A stretch of DNA of 64,000 nucleotides from Gemmatimonadota bacterium (GCA_040389905.1 JAZJZK010000008.1:96001-160000); one strand, 5' to 3'; shown: positions 38,631-48,471, counted from the stretch's first letter. A program made the numbers and translations. Notes: a model not told the origin generated them from the letters alone.

Positions 38631-40920
38631 TTAGCGCCTGCCGCAAACGCCAGGGCGTAAGCGGAATCTCAGTGACCTCCACACCGAGAGCATCCGCAAC
38701 CGCGTTCGCTATGGCAGGCGCCGTGGGTATGATCGGCGCCTCCGCAATTCCGCGCGCGCCTGTGTGATTCGCGATCACATCCGAGCTCTCCACGAAGAAC
38801 GCATCGATCGTCGGGATGTCCGCCATCGTGGGGATTTTGTAGTCGTGCAGATTGGGCGTCATTGACAGACCCAACGACGCGTCCAACACACGCTCCTCGA
38901 ACAGGGCGAGCCCGAGTCCCTGAATGATGCCGCCCTCGAGCTGACTTTCGGCGAGCGTCGGGTTGATGATGCGTCCGGAGTCATGTGCGCTCGTAATGTG
39001 CAGCACGCGGACACGCCCGGTTTCGACGTCCACCTCGACCTCCGCAAACTGCGCGGCGAATGCGCAGATCGCCGTGTCCTTGGGATTCGCGCCACGACTC
39101 CCCTGACCGATGATCATGACGTCGCCGAGCTTCCGTCCGATCTGGGCGAGCGTCATGGTGCGATCGTCGCCGGCCATGGTGACGACACTACCGCGTAAGT
39201 CGAGGCGGTCGGCACTCACGCCGAGCAGCTCGGCCGCCGCCTCGAGAACGCGCTCACGCACATGGAGCGCCGCGACGCGCACCGCCGGACCGACCGACGC
39301 CGTCGTGATCGACCCCCAAGAATTCCCCGCGTACGGCGTGCGCTCCGTGTCACCCAGCACCGTCCGCACATCCGCGAGTCGGGCACCCAATACCTCGGCG
39401 GCGATCTGCGCGAAGATCGTCCGCGACCCGGTGCCGAGATCCTGCGCGCCCGTGAGCACGTCCACCGTTCCGTCCGGATTCAGCCGCACCGTGGCGTATG
39501 CTGGTGGCCCGCCACCAGCCACCCAGATCTGCGATGCCATCCCAACGCCCCGACGCAGCCGAGCGCCATGCACGCGGGTGGCCGCGGCCTCCACTCGGCG
39601 ATGTGTCCACGCAAAGCGTGCGGCACCTTCTTCGTAGCACCGGTCGAGATGCTTGGCGGAGTACTCGCGGTTCTTGTCCTGATCGCGAGGAGCATAGTTG
39701 CGCCGGCGAAGCTCGAGTGGGTCGATGCCCAACTCGCGCGCGAGCGCGTCCATCGCGCACTCCAATGCGAACGCCCCCTCCACGTGTCCCGGTGCGCGGA
39801 AGGAATCCATCGCACCGGTGTTGAGATGGACGAAGGTCTCACTCGTGCGCACGTTGTCGCACTGGTACATCTCGTGGAAGATCTTCGCGGGACTCGCGAA
39901 CCAGCCACTATAGCCGTACGCGACGGTGACGTCTGCCGAGATCGAGACGAGAGTCCCATCGTGGCGCGCCGCCAACGTGACGCGCTGCTGTGTCGCGGCG
40001 CGGTTGCCGGTGTCCGTCTGCTCCCCTTCTCGGTCGAGCACGCACCGCACCGGCCTGCCGAGCTGCTTTGCGAGAGCAACCGCCGTGTAGGTGTGCGCGG
40101 CGGCGTAGTTCTTCGCGCCGAAGCCGCCGCCCATGTAGTCCTTCATCACGCGAACACGATTGAGCGGAAGACGAAACGCGCGCGCGACGTCCTTCCTCAC
40201 CTGAAAGATGCCCTGCGTACTTTCCCACACCGTGAGATGATCGCCATTCCACTCGGCCACTGCGGCATGCGGTTCGAGTGGTGAGTGAAGAGCGCACGGC
40301 GTGCGATACTCGCGCGTGATGACGACGTCCGCACTCGCTCTGGCGCCATCGGCGTCGCCTCGCGCCGAGATTCGCGGCTGGCCCTCGGGAATGTTCCCGC
40401 CGGGGCGCACCACCGGCGCATCGGGAGCGAGCGCCTGTCCGAGTGTCACCGCGTGGGCCGCCGCTTCGACCTCGAGCGCAACGAGCGCGCACGCCTGCCG
40501 CGCGATGTCGAACGTGTCCGCGCAGATGGCCGCGAGAGGCTGGCCTGCCCAGTGGATGACGACATCGAACAGCGGAGCGCCCATGTGCGAGATGCCAGGA
40601 ACGTCCGACAACACGAGGGAGCCGCGCACGCCAGGCAGTGCCAGCGCCCGTGAGAGATCGAGGAGGGTAACGCGGCCGCTTGCAACAGGAGCGCGAACGA
40701 GCGCGGCGTGGAGCATGCCCGCTCGTTGCGTGTCTGCGGTGTAGATGGCGCGCCCGGTGACTTTCTCGAGCGCATCCGCTCGCGGAACGCGTTGACCCAC
40801 GATGGTGAGTGCCGCGTCAGCACCCCACGGCGTCGGCTCCAGATCCGGGAGCTCGAGGATCTTGATCTCCTCGCGCCCCTCGATCTCCACTTTCGTGCTG
40901 GTGAAGCGTCTACCCGGCAT
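38605..40920 (-). CDS. xanthine dehydrogenase family molybdopterin-binding subunit (PaoC/YagR-like)
   Basis: KVTGRAIY, LEPH, STQG, GGGFGAK, FRAPG, DLGTG, SQLEGG, DYKIP, ARGIAEAP (catalytic Glu), AIANAV. Confidence 0.95.
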   Translation of the reverse strand: MPGRRFTSTKVEIEGREEIKILELPDLEPTPWGADAALTIVGQRVPRADALEKVTGRAIYTADTQRAGMLHAALVRAPVASGRVTLLDLSRALALPGVRGSLVLSDVPGISHMGAPLFDVVIHWAGQPLAAICADTFDIARQACALVALEVEAAAHAVTLGQALAPDAPVVRPGGNIPEGQPRISARGDADGARASADVVITREYRTPCALHSPLEPHAAVAEWNGDHLTVWESTQGIFQVRKDVARAFRLPLNRVRVMKDYMGGGFGAKNYAAAHTYTAVALAKQLGRPVRCVLDREGEQTDTGNRAATQQRVTLAARHDGTLVSISADVTVAYGYSGWFASPAKIFHEMYQCDNVRTSETFVHLNTGAMDSFRAPGHVEGAFALECAMDALARELGIDPLELRRRNYAPRDQDKNREYSAKHLDRCYEEGAARFAWTHRRVEAAATRVHGARLRRGVGMASQIWVAGGGPPAYATVRLNPDGTVDVLTGAQDLGTGSRTIFAQIAAEVLGARLADVRTVLGDTERTPYAGNSWGSITTASVGPAVRVAALHVRERVLEAAAELLGVSADRLDLRGSVVTMAGDDRTMTLAQIGRKLGDVMIIGQGSRGANPKDTAICAFAAQFAEVEVDVETGRVRVLHITSAHDSGRIINPTLAESQLEGGIIQGLGLALFEERVLDASLGLSMTPNLHDYKIPTMADIPTIDAFFVESSDVIANHTGARGIAEAPIIPTAPAIANAVADALGVEVTEIPLTPWRLRQALRGQGTGDR

Positions 40921-41383
40921 TCGCGGCGCTCCGCTCGGCGGTGGCGGCAGCGTGGATGGCGCTCACGATTTTGGGATATGTGCCGCAGCGGCAGAGGTTG
41001 CCGGCCATGGCGCGCCGAATGTCGGCGTCGCTCGGGGCCGTGTTCCGATCGAGTAGGGCGCGCGCCGCGACGAGTTGTCCAGGGGTGCAATAGCCACACT
41101 GAAGCGCATCGGCGTCGATGAAGGCCTGTTGAATGGGGTCGAGCGCGCCGTCGCGCGAGAGTCCTTCGACGGTCGTGATACGCTGTCCCTCACAGGAGGC
41201 CGCCAACGTGAGGCACGCGTAGGCGAGCCGCCCGTCGACGAGCACGGTACAGGCGCCGCACTCACCGCGTCCGCATCCCAGCTTCGTTCCAGTGAGCTGG
41301 AGGCGGTCCCGGAGCATGGTGAGGAGCGTCTCGTGCCCGGCGCAGGCAACCGAACGCTCTTCGCCATTGACCGTGAAACGCAT
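40910..41383 (-). CDS. xanthine dehydrogenase family 2x[2Fe-2S] subunit
   Basis: GTKLGCGRGECGACTV, ITTVEGL, QCGYCTPG, GNLCRCGTY; no Tat signal. Confidence 0.96.
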   Translation of the reverse strand: MRFTVNGEERSVACAGHETLLTMLRDRLQLTGTKLGCGRGECGACTVLVDGRLAYACLTLAASCEGQRITTVEGLSRDGALDPIQQAFIDADALQCGYCTPGQLVAARALLDRNTAPSDADIRRAMAGNLCRCGTYPKIVSAIHAAATAERSAANAG

Positions 41384-41495
41384 ACTTGGCTCCCCTGGTT
41401 TCGGAGGTTCGGCACCAAGCCTCCCGTTGTCGCATCGGTGATTCGCATTATCTTAGCCTGAGCGCCCTTTCTTCGCAGCATCATCGAGGCGATCA

Positions 41496-41759
41496 ATGCC
41501 CTACGTCATTACCGAAGCCTGCATCAACACCAAGGACAAGGCGTGTGTCGACGTCTGCCCGGTGGATTGCATCTATGAAGGTCCAGACCAGCTCTTCATC
41601 CACCCAGACGAGTGCATCGACTGCGGGGCATGTGAGCCGGAGTGTCCCGTCACGGCGATCTTCCCCGAGGAGGATGTGCCGTCCGGAATGAAGCAGTACG
41701 TCCAGCTCAATCGGGACGTCTTCAAGAGCGACAACCCACCAGGTCGCCCCACGCGATAA
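41496..41759 (+). CDS. 7Fe-type ferredoxin ([3Fe-4S]/[4Fe-4S], FdxA-like)
   Basis: [17 protein letters not shown] and [12 protein letters not shown]. Confidence 0.95.
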   Translation: MPYVITEACINTKDKACVDVCPVDCIYEGPDQLFIHPDECIDCGACEPECPVTAIFPEEDVPSGMKQYVQLNRDVFKSDNPPGRPTR

Positions 41760-41780
41760 GTCGCGCCGCCGGGAGCGGAA

Positions 41781-42503
41781 GTGCTTCGCGCGCTCACGTT
41801 CGACTACTGGGACACGCTCTACGAGGGCGGCCGGCTCGCCGAGCGTGTCGCGCTCCGCCGCACTGCGGTCGGCGCGTTGCTGGGCGCCTATGGCCGAGCG
41901 CTTCCGGAGGAGCAGCTTTCCGCATTGTACGACGAATCGGGGAGTGAGGCCGAACGTTGGTGGCGGGAGGAACAACGGGGCTACAAGACGGACGAACGCC
42001 TCCGCTGGATTCTCAAGCGCGCCGCCGTGACGCCACGGGAAGGGTGCCAACACGTGGCCGCCGCGGTCGATGCGGTCGACAATGCGCTCCTCATGCTGCC
42101 GCCCGCGATGTTCGCCGGCGCGTGGCGGATGCTTCGTACCCTGCAGCGCCGTTTCACCCTGGCGATCATCAGCGACACCGGTTTCGCATCGGGGCGCGCG
42201 CAGGACCGTCTCCTGGAAAAAGATTCGGCGCGCGACTTCTTCTCGGCGACGATTTACTCGATGGACGTGGGGCACGCGAAACCGCGCGCCGAGATCTTCC
42301 AGGCCGCGGTCAATGAGCTGGGATTCGCGCCAGGCGAGATTCTTCACATCGGCGACAATGAGCGCACGGACGTCCGCGGTGCGCTCGCGGCGGGTTTTCG
42401 GGCTGTCCGGATCGACGTCGCGCGTGACAGCGGGCCGAGCGAGGCGGAGTTCGTGGCGAGATCGTTTGAGGAACTGACGAACTACCTGATCACCGCGAGC
42501 TGA
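41781..42503 (+). CDS. HAD-superfamily hydrolase
   Basis: FDYWDTL, IISDT, KPRAEIF, HIGDNERTDVRGA. Confidence 0.92.
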   Translation: MLRALTFDYWDTLYEGGRLAERVALRRTAVGALLGAYGRALPEEQLSALYDESGSEAERWWREEQRGYKTDERLRWILKRAAVTPREGCQHVAAAVDAVDNALLMLPPAMFAGAWRMLRTLQRRFTLAIISDTGFASGRAQDRLLEKDSARDFFSATIYSMDVGHAKPRAEIFQAAVNELGFAPGEILHIGDNERTDVRGALAAGFRAVRIDVARDSGPSEAEFVARSFEELTNYLITAS

Positions 42504-42576
42504 GTCGCCGTTCGCCTCGCCGTCTTCGCCGCACACGATGAACTTGAGCCTTCGGCTGCTCAGGATTTGAGGAGCG

Positions 42577-42650
42577 GATTGAACGGATGCGACGAAAACT
42601 GCCGAATTTCATTGGTCAAATCGTGCTTTTTCCGTTGCATCCGGTCAATC
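42577..42650. repeat. intergenic inverted repeat
   Basis: GATTGAACGGATGCGACGAAAA 42577-42598 vs TTTTCCGTTGCATCCGGTCAATC 42628-42650, between convergent genes. Confidence 0.7.
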
Positions 42651-42737
42651 GATTTTCAACTCGGTTTCCGGCGTGGGAATTCGCTTCATCAGACGCGGCC
42701 GAGTGAACGCTGAACAAGAATCCGGGCGATCGCATGC

Positions 42738-43376
42738 TCAGAACAATTCCCACCCATAGTGCTGCTTCGCCCAGAACAATCCGGTGATCACGACGTACTG
42801 CATGAACGTCGAGATCTCGCTCCGCCACGCTTCGCCCCAGTGATGTTCGCCTTCCTCATCTGACCCGGGCGGCCGCGGAAACCAGCGGGAGGTGCGATCC
42901 TTGTACTGGAGATACTCCGCGCCGAAGATCGACTCGAGCACCCCCTCCTCGTAGCGCACGATGAGCGTGTACTCCACGGCAAACAGGACAATTGCGATCG
43001 GGATGAACCACAGGACGCCAGAGATGACCGCGAATCCGATCCAGATGAGGAAATTCCCCACATAGAGCGGATTTCGCATCCACGCGAAGATCCCGTAGGT
43101 CACGAGCCGTTGCACCGTGCGTGAGCGCCGCCGCGTCACGGTTCCTGCCGCTGCCACGCCCGCGAGACGGATCGCCTCTCCGAGCACGATGAACAGGAAT
43201 CCGAGAATCCAGTTCATGGCATCCGAGACGCCGTGCGCGAGCAGCGGTACCAGGAGGAAAGGCACAGGGAGCCACCCGCGGTGCCGGAACAGAACCGCGC
43301 CGACCCGCGCGCTGGGCCGCCGTTCGGCCTCCGAAATCGGCGGTTCGGGGACAGCGTCGATGGGCGTTGAAGGCAT
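42738..43376 (-). CDS. isoprenylcysteine carboxyl methyltransferase (ICMT/PEMT) family membrane protein
   Basis: LVTYGIFAWMRNPLYVGN, YEEGVLESIFG.EY..Y, RWFP. Start set at ATG 43376. Confidence 0.88.
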   Translation of the reverse strand: MPSTPIDAVPEPPISEAERRPSARVGAVLFRHRGWLPVPFLLVPLLAHGVSDAMNWILGFLFIVLGEAIRLAGVAAAGTVTRRRSRTVQRLVTYGIFAWMRNPLYVGNFLIWIGFAVISGVLWFIPIAIVLFAVEYTLIVRYEEGVLESIFGAEYLQYKDRTSRWFPRPPGSDEEGEHHWGEAWRSEISTFMQYVVITGLFWAKQHYGWELF

Positions 43377-43429
43377 GACGAACTTCAGATACGGGTGAGA
43401 AAGGTGGGACTCCAAAGGTCGCAGGGGCG

Positions 43430-44227
43430 TCAGTCGTACACCAGCCGTGCGAGGAATTCGCCCACAACGTGGTTGAAGGCTGCCGGCCGCTCGAAGGCGC
43501 ATGCATGACCAGCGCGCTCGAGCACCTCCAGCGTGCAATTGGGGATCGCTGCGGCGAGTGCGCGAAGCTCCTCGGGAACGGTGAAGGTGTCTTCCGCGCC
43601 GCTGACGACCAGTGTGGGGAACTCGATGCCGGCGAGCAGATCGGTCGAGTCGCGCCGTTCCGCCATGGCACGGAGCGCTCCGGTCACCCCATCCGCTGGG
43701 GCATCCGCCATCAGGCTCCGGAGCCGCTCCAGCACATCAGCGCGTGAATCGAAGGTCGTTGAACCGACCATCGCGCGCAGCTGCTTCCCGGCGAGCGCTT
43801 CGACGCCACGCTCCTCGACGAACGCGATGAGGCGCAGGCGCATCTCTCGCGCTTCGGGCGTGTCCGCGGTGGCACGCGTGCTGGTGAAGATCAGCGCCCG
43901 AATCCGGTCCCTGTGCCGACGGAGCATCGACATCGCGATATATCCGCCCATCGAGAGGCCACAGACAACGGCCCGCTCGATGCCGAGCGTCGTGAGGAAC
44001 GCTGCCAGGTCATCCGCGTACTGGTCGATCGACCAGGGCGGCGCAACGGAGGAGCCGCCAAAGCCACGGAGGTCCGGCGCAACGCACCGCGCCAGCGTTC
44101 GCAAGCCGCTGAGCTGGGCAGACCACAACGTCCGGTTGTGGGGCCAACCATGTATGAAAAGGATCGGGACACCACCGCCGACGTCGTCATAGGCGATTTC
44201 GACGCCGCCCGGCAAGATCGCAATCAT
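43430..44227 (-). CDS. alpha/beta hydrolase (PcaD-like)
   Basis: FIHGWP, PDLRGFG, nucleophile GLSMGG, GAEDTF, AGH. Confidence 0.93.
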   Translation of the reverse strand: MIAILPGGVEIAYDDVGGGVPILFIHGWPHNRTLWSAQLSGLRTLARCVAPDLRGFGGSSVAPPWSIDQYADDLAAFLTTLGIERAVVCGLSMGGYIAMSMLRRHRDRIRALIFTSTRATADTPEAREMRLRLIAFVEERGVEALAGKQLRAMVGSTTFDSRADVLERLRSLMADAPADGVTGALRAMAERRDSTDLLAGIEFPTLVVSGAEDTFTVPEELRALAAAIPNCTLEVLERAGHACAFERPAAFNHVVGEFLARLVYD

Positions 44228-44658
44228 TTCGTCGCGTGCTCGCCGCCTTCGGGCCAGTGCGGGAGCAGTGTGCGCCACTCTTCCGGCACCCGCACCGGCT
44301 TGCCAGTCCGGTCCAGCGCGACGAACACGATCGACGCCTGTGCAACGATCACGTTGCTTCCCACTTTCCGCACATCCTGCTTGACGATGTAGCTGGTGTT
44401 CTTGACCGCGAGCAACCCGCTGCGAATGGCCAGATCATCGCCAGGTAGCGACTGCGCGAAGTAGTCGATGTCGACGTGCCGCACGACGGAGTAGATCGGC
44501 ACCGTGGCGAAATCCCGCACGCCCCCTACCTCCTCGCGCTCCAGCAACTCCCACCGCGCCCGCTCGAGGAATGCGAGCATGGTCGCGTGGTTCACGTGGC
44601 CGAGCATGTCGCAGTCGGCGGGATATATGTGAAAAACGACTTCAGGCAGACGATCCAT
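44224..44658 (-). CDS. acyl-CoA thioesterase (4HBT/YbgC family)
   Basis: ADCDMLGHVNHA..L.FLERAR; hot-dog fold motifs. Confidence 0.92.
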   Translation of the reverse strand: MDRLPEVVFHIYPADCDMLGHVNHATMLAFLERARWELLEREEVGGVRDFATVPIYSVVRHVDIDYFAQSLPGDDLAIRSGLLAVKNTSYIVKQDVRKVGSNVIVAQASIVFVALDRTGKPVRVPEEWRTLLPHWPEGGEHATK

Positions 44659-44688
44659 TCTCGTGTCTCCAGTTGTTCCGGGGTTCAC

Positions 44689-44781
44689 GTGCAGATCCCT
44701 CGACTCGCTATGCGCGCTCGGGATGACAATTCAACCGGCACCCCGAGCCTGTCATCCCGAGCGAAGTCGAGGGACCTGCAC
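44689..44781. repeat. REP-like doublet
   Basis: GTGCAGATCCCTCGACTCGCTATGCGCGCTCGGGATGACA and TGTCATCCCGAGCGAAGTCGAGGGACCTGCAC in inverted orientation. Confidence 0.88.
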
Positions 44782-44792
44782 CTCCGGCCCTA

Positions 44793-45755
44793 TCAGCTAG
44801 ACAGCCAGCGTGCATCAAAGGTTAGCCAGAAGAGAATTCGCTCGGCAGGGATGCGGCGTGCGCGGTCGAGCGCTACGGCGAACGCCTTCGCGCTGTAGGT
44901 GCCATCGAGCCGAGGCCCGCCGCTCGCGGCAAGAGCCGCTGCCGCAGCGCGCCCTGCGTCCGTTTCCCGTCCATAGCCGCCGCCGAACGCAGAGCCGTCG
45001 ATCTCGAGCCTCGTCGGATCGAGCGGTGGCAGCTTGCCGCCGACGAGCCCGTGAAGCAATGCGCGCGTCTGCCGTGCGAGACGCAGCACGCGCCAGCGGT
45101 TCGCCACAGCGATCGGCACGACGCGCGCGCCGACCACGCGCGTTGTTGCCCCCGCCAGCGACAGCCCGACCAGCAACCCCGCCACGGTACCGCCACTGCC
45201 AAGCGGAACCACGATCGCATCCGGCATCGGCAGTCCCGCTCTCTCACACTGGCTCGCGAGTTCGAGTGCGGCGCTCACGTGACCAAGTGCTCCCATCGGC
45301 ACACTTCCTCCGGCGGGGATCCAACGGACGCCTGGCCGACGCCGCCGCCACCAGGCACGCGCATACGCGTCCGCTGGCGTGCGGGCCCGCGTCACTGAGG
45401 CGAGCTGTTCCAGTCGTTTCGACGTCGCAAGCGCGACGTCATTCATCTCCTGCGCCCACGTGATCACCTCGGTGCGGGCACCAAGGCGGGCCGCGTAGTG
45501 TGCGACAGCCAGCGCGTGCGTCGAGCCGGCGGCCCCCACGGTGAGAATCGTCTCATCGGGGCCGACGCCGGCGAGGAGGCACTCAAGTGCGCGCACCTTG
45601 TTTCCGCCGAGTGCCGGTGCGCTCAGGTCATCGCGCTTCGCAGCGAGCAGCGTACCGCCGACGTTCCATTGCTCGACGGGCGTTTCAGACACGCGCAGAT
45701 CGACGCGGGCGAGCCCCCGTGCGACGGTGGGAAAGCGCGTGAGCAGAGCGCGCAC
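44793..45755 (-). CDS. PLP-dependent D-cysteine desulfhydrase/ACC deaminase family protein
   Basis: KRDDL..GGNKVRALE (PLP Lys), IPAGGS, GSGGTVAGL, GYG, LDGTYSAKA. Confidence 0.9.
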   Translation of the reverse strand: MRALLTRFPTVARGLARVDLRVSETPVEQWNVGGTLLAAKRDDLSAPALGGNKVRALECLLAGVGPDETILTVGAAGSTHALAVAHYAARLGARTEVITWAQEMNDVALATSKRLEQLASVTRARTPADAYARAWWRRRRPGVRWIPAGGSVPMGALGHVSAALELASQCERAGLPMPDAIVVPLGSGGTVAGLLVGLSLAGATTRVVGARVVPIAVANRWRVLRLARQTRALLHGLVGGKLPPLDPTRLEIDGSAFGGGYGRETDAGRAAAAALAASGGPRLDGTYSAKAFAVALDRARRIPAERILFWLTFDARWLSS

Positions 45756-45756
45756 G

Positions 45757-47109
45757 CTACGAGTGCGCGCCGTGTGCGTCGTCGATTGGTTCGTCGAGGT
45801 CCGCCGCGAACACCGGATACGTCCACGTCCCCTCGACGGGAAGCTTCTCGAGGTAGAGCATCTGGAAAATGACGATGACCGTCGCCAGCAATGGTACCGC
45901 GACCATCAGCCCGATGAAGCCAAAGATGATGGTGAGAAGTGCCTGCACGATGACGGTAAGGGCAGGCGGGATGCGGAGTCCCTCCTTCATCAGCAACGGA
46001 ATCAGGATGTGCCCCTCGAGAAACTGAATTCCCCAGTACGCGAGGGCGAGATACCCAGCCTTTTCCGGCGAATCCAGAAAGCCCATGGCCACGCCGGGCA
46101 GCGCGCTGAGAATGGGGCCGACGGTCGGGATGAACTCGAACAACCCCGCAAGCACGCCCAGCGCGAGTGCCGCCTTCACCCTGAAGATCAGGAGCACCGT
46201 CGTCGTCACGATGCCAATGGTCGCCATGGCGATGAGTTGCGTGATCAGCCACTTGCGAAGCACCGTCGCGATGCGGTCCATCATGACCACGCCTCGCGCA
46301 CGACGCTTTGCTGGAAGAAACGACAGCAGGCCTCGGCGATACAGTTCCGGCTCCGCCGCGAAGTAGATGGCGAGAAACAGGATGATGAGAAGCCCGCCGA
46401 GCACTTCGACGGTCGAGGTGATGAACGGGAACAGATAGCGCGACATTCCGCTCAAGCGCTCGCGGAGCTTCGACTGGATTCCCGACGCTCCGGCAGCGTC
46501 AGAGTCGGCAGGTATCTGCGGCGCCCGAACCGCCGGCACCGCTGGAGGCGTCACGGCAGGAGCAGGCGTCGCCGACTGGGTTTCCGTGACCAGGAGCCCC
46601 AACACGCCACTCTGCCGTTTCTTCACCCACTCCTGCACACGATCGGCTGCCTCGGGGAGCTTCACCCGGAGTTCGCCGCCTTGTTCCCGGAGTGTTGGCG
46701 CGACCCATGCGCCAAAACCGACGAGCAGGCCGACAAAACCCAACACGATCGTCGCGGCGCCGACTCCCCGAGGTATTCGGAATCGCTGGAGCTGATCGAC
46801 TCCGGCCGACACCGCGATTCCGAACAACATGCCGAGAAAAACGACGAAGAAGAGCGAACTGGCAATCCAGAACAGCTTCACGGCGAGATACACGGCCAGC
46901 ACGATGGCAGTCGCCCGAATGATGTCGCGGTTCCTCCACCCGACCGCTCGGCGGTTGCGACTTCCGCCGCCGATCCGCCCGCCCACCGACGCGCGTGGAC
47001 CCGGCCTGACCCCGCTGACACGCCCGACCCCCGTCGTTTGGCGCTGTCCGGCCGTCGTGGCGCGAGGCACGGGGGGCTGCACTGGGCTATCCGGGCTCTG
47101 ATCAGTCAT
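45757..47109 (-). CDS. AI-2E/PerM family transporter
   Basis: Multiple TMs, FEFIPTVGP, IQFLEGHILIP, GFIGLMVAVPL. Start set at ATG 47109. Confidence 0.9.
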   Translation of the reverse strand: MTDQSPDSPVQPPVPRATTAGQRQTTGVGRVSGVRPGPRASVGGRIGGGSRNRRAVGWRNRDIIRATAIVLAVYLAVKLFWIASSLFFVVFLGMLFGIAVSAGVDQLQRFRIPRGVGAATIVLGFVGLLVGFGAWVAPTLREQGGELRVKLPEAADRVQEWVKKRQSGVLGLLVTETQSATPAPAVTPPAVPAVRAPQIPADSDAAGASGIQSKLRERLSGMSRYLFPFITSTVEVLGGLLIILFLAIYFAAEPELYRRGLLSFLPAKRRARGVVMMDRIATVLRKWLITQLIAMATIGIVTTTVLLIFRVKAALALGVLAGLFEFIPTVGPILSALPGVAMGFLDSPEKAGYLALAYWGIQFLEGHILIPLLMKEGLRIPPALTVIVQALLTIIFGFIGLMVAVPLLATVIVIFQMLYLEKLPVEGTWTYPVFAADLDEPIDDAHGAHS

Positions 47110-47204
47110 CGAGGTGCATGAGAGGGCGGGGCGAAACAGGCGTTTAGCTTTCGGAAGCTTGGCGTGCAACTCGATACATTACGCCGAGTTTCGATCCAAC
47201 AACA

Positions 47205-48395
47205 GTGAGGAGCAGCGTGCCCGACCGCGCGACAGCCGCATCGTTCGAGTATCTCGACAGCATTTCGGCGGTGGAGCACTTCACCGACGAGATCGCGAGC
47301 ATCACCGAACTCGCGCTGGACACCGAGGGGGCGAGCTTCCACCGCTTCGTCGATCGCATCTATCTGCTTCAGCTCTCGACGCGAGACAGACACGCCGTCA
47401 TCGACCCGCTTCCGATCGGCACACCGCCCGGGTTGGGCCGTCTGCTCGAGCGCCGCGATGTCCAGGTCGTGTTTCACGATGCGGACTACGACCTGCGACT
47501 GCTCCGGCAAGACTACGGCTGGAAGACGAACAACATTTTCGATACGCGGATCGCCGCGCAGCTGCTCGGCTACACCGCATTCGGACTTGCCGCGCTCCTC
47601 GAGCGCTTTTTCAGCGTGAAGCTCGACAAGAAGCATCAGCGGGCCGACTGGTCAATGCGCCCGCTCACGGCGGACATGCTCCACTATGCGGCGCAGGACA
47701 CACGTTTCCTGTTGGCGCTCAAGGACCACATGACGGCTGAGCTCGAGCGCATGGGGCGACTCGGCTGGGCGCAGGAGGAGTTTGCGCTGCTCGAAGGCAC
47801 GCGGTGGGCGGACGAAGAGCCTGGTATGTCGTACCTCAAGCTCAAGGGCGCGCGCGACCTCACGAGGCGCGAGTTGGCGGTGCTGCGCGAGCTGGTGCCC
47901 TGGCGCGACATCGTGGCCGGCCAGTTGGATCGCGCGACCTTCCGCGTGCTGGGCAACGAACAACTCTTCGACATCGCGCGGCTACAGCCGGTGACGCGTG
48001 ATGCCCTCTCGAAGATCAAGGGGATGCCACGAGGCATCCTCGAGCAGCGCGGCAGTGAATTGCTCGATGCCGTGCAACGAGCGCTCGCGGTGCCGGAGTC
48101 CTCGCTGCCACGCTTTCCGCGCGCGCCGCGGTGGGAGAAGGACGCGGAATTCGACGCCCGCGTGAGTGCGCTCAAGACCGCTCGTGACGAAGCGGCGAAA
48201 CGGTTGGAATTGGATCCCGGCGTGCTGTGCTCGCGCGATCGCATGGAAGCGGTTGCACGAAAGAATCCGGCATCCATCGAAGAGATGGACGAGGTGACCG
48301 AGCTGCGAGCGTGGCAGCGGGCGGAGCTCGGCGCCGCGTTTGTGAAGGCGCTGGATCCCCACCGGAAAAGTGAAATATCACCCTACCGGGAGTAG
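47205..48395 (+). CDS. rnd: ribonuclease D (DEDDy exonuclease plus HRDC)
   Basis: ALDTEG, LLQLS, FHDADYDL, FDTRIAA, ADWSMRPL, YAAQD; HRDC domain. Confidence 0.95.
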   Translation: MRSSVPDRATAASFEYLDSISAVEHFTDEIASITELALDTEGASFHRFVDRIYLLQLSTRDRHAVIDPLPIGTPPGLGRLLERRDVQVVFHDADYDLRLLRQDYGWKTNNIFDTRIAAQLLGYTAFGLAALLERFFSVKLDKKHQRADWSMRPLTADMLHYAAQDTRFLLALKDHMTAELERMGRLGWAQEEFALLEGTRWADEEPGMSYLKLKGARDLTRRELAVLRELVPWRDIVAGQLDRATFRVLGNEQLFDIARLQPVTRDALSKIKGMPRGILEQRGSELLDAVQRALAVPESSLPRFPRAPRWEKDAEFDARVSALKTARDEAAKRLELDPGVLCSRDRMEAVARKNPASIEEMDEVTELRAWQRAELGAAFVKALDPHRKSEISPYRE

Positions 48396-48407
48396 CGGGA
48401 ATGTGGC

Positions 48408-48438
48408 CAGGCCCGGGGCCGCCGTTTGCCCGGGCCTG
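48408..48438. terminator. GC-rich hairpin between convergent genes (possible terminator)
   Basis: CAGGCCCGGG / CCCGGGCCTG perfect 10-bp stem; no clear U tract. Confidence 0.45.
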
Positions 48439-48471
48439 CTGTTCGCCCCAGCCCGGGCCCGCGCCCGCGCC

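Noticed and set aside
45541..47121. 526-aa plus-strand ORF
   Set aside because: Antisense to the AI-2E transporter; no recognisable domain.
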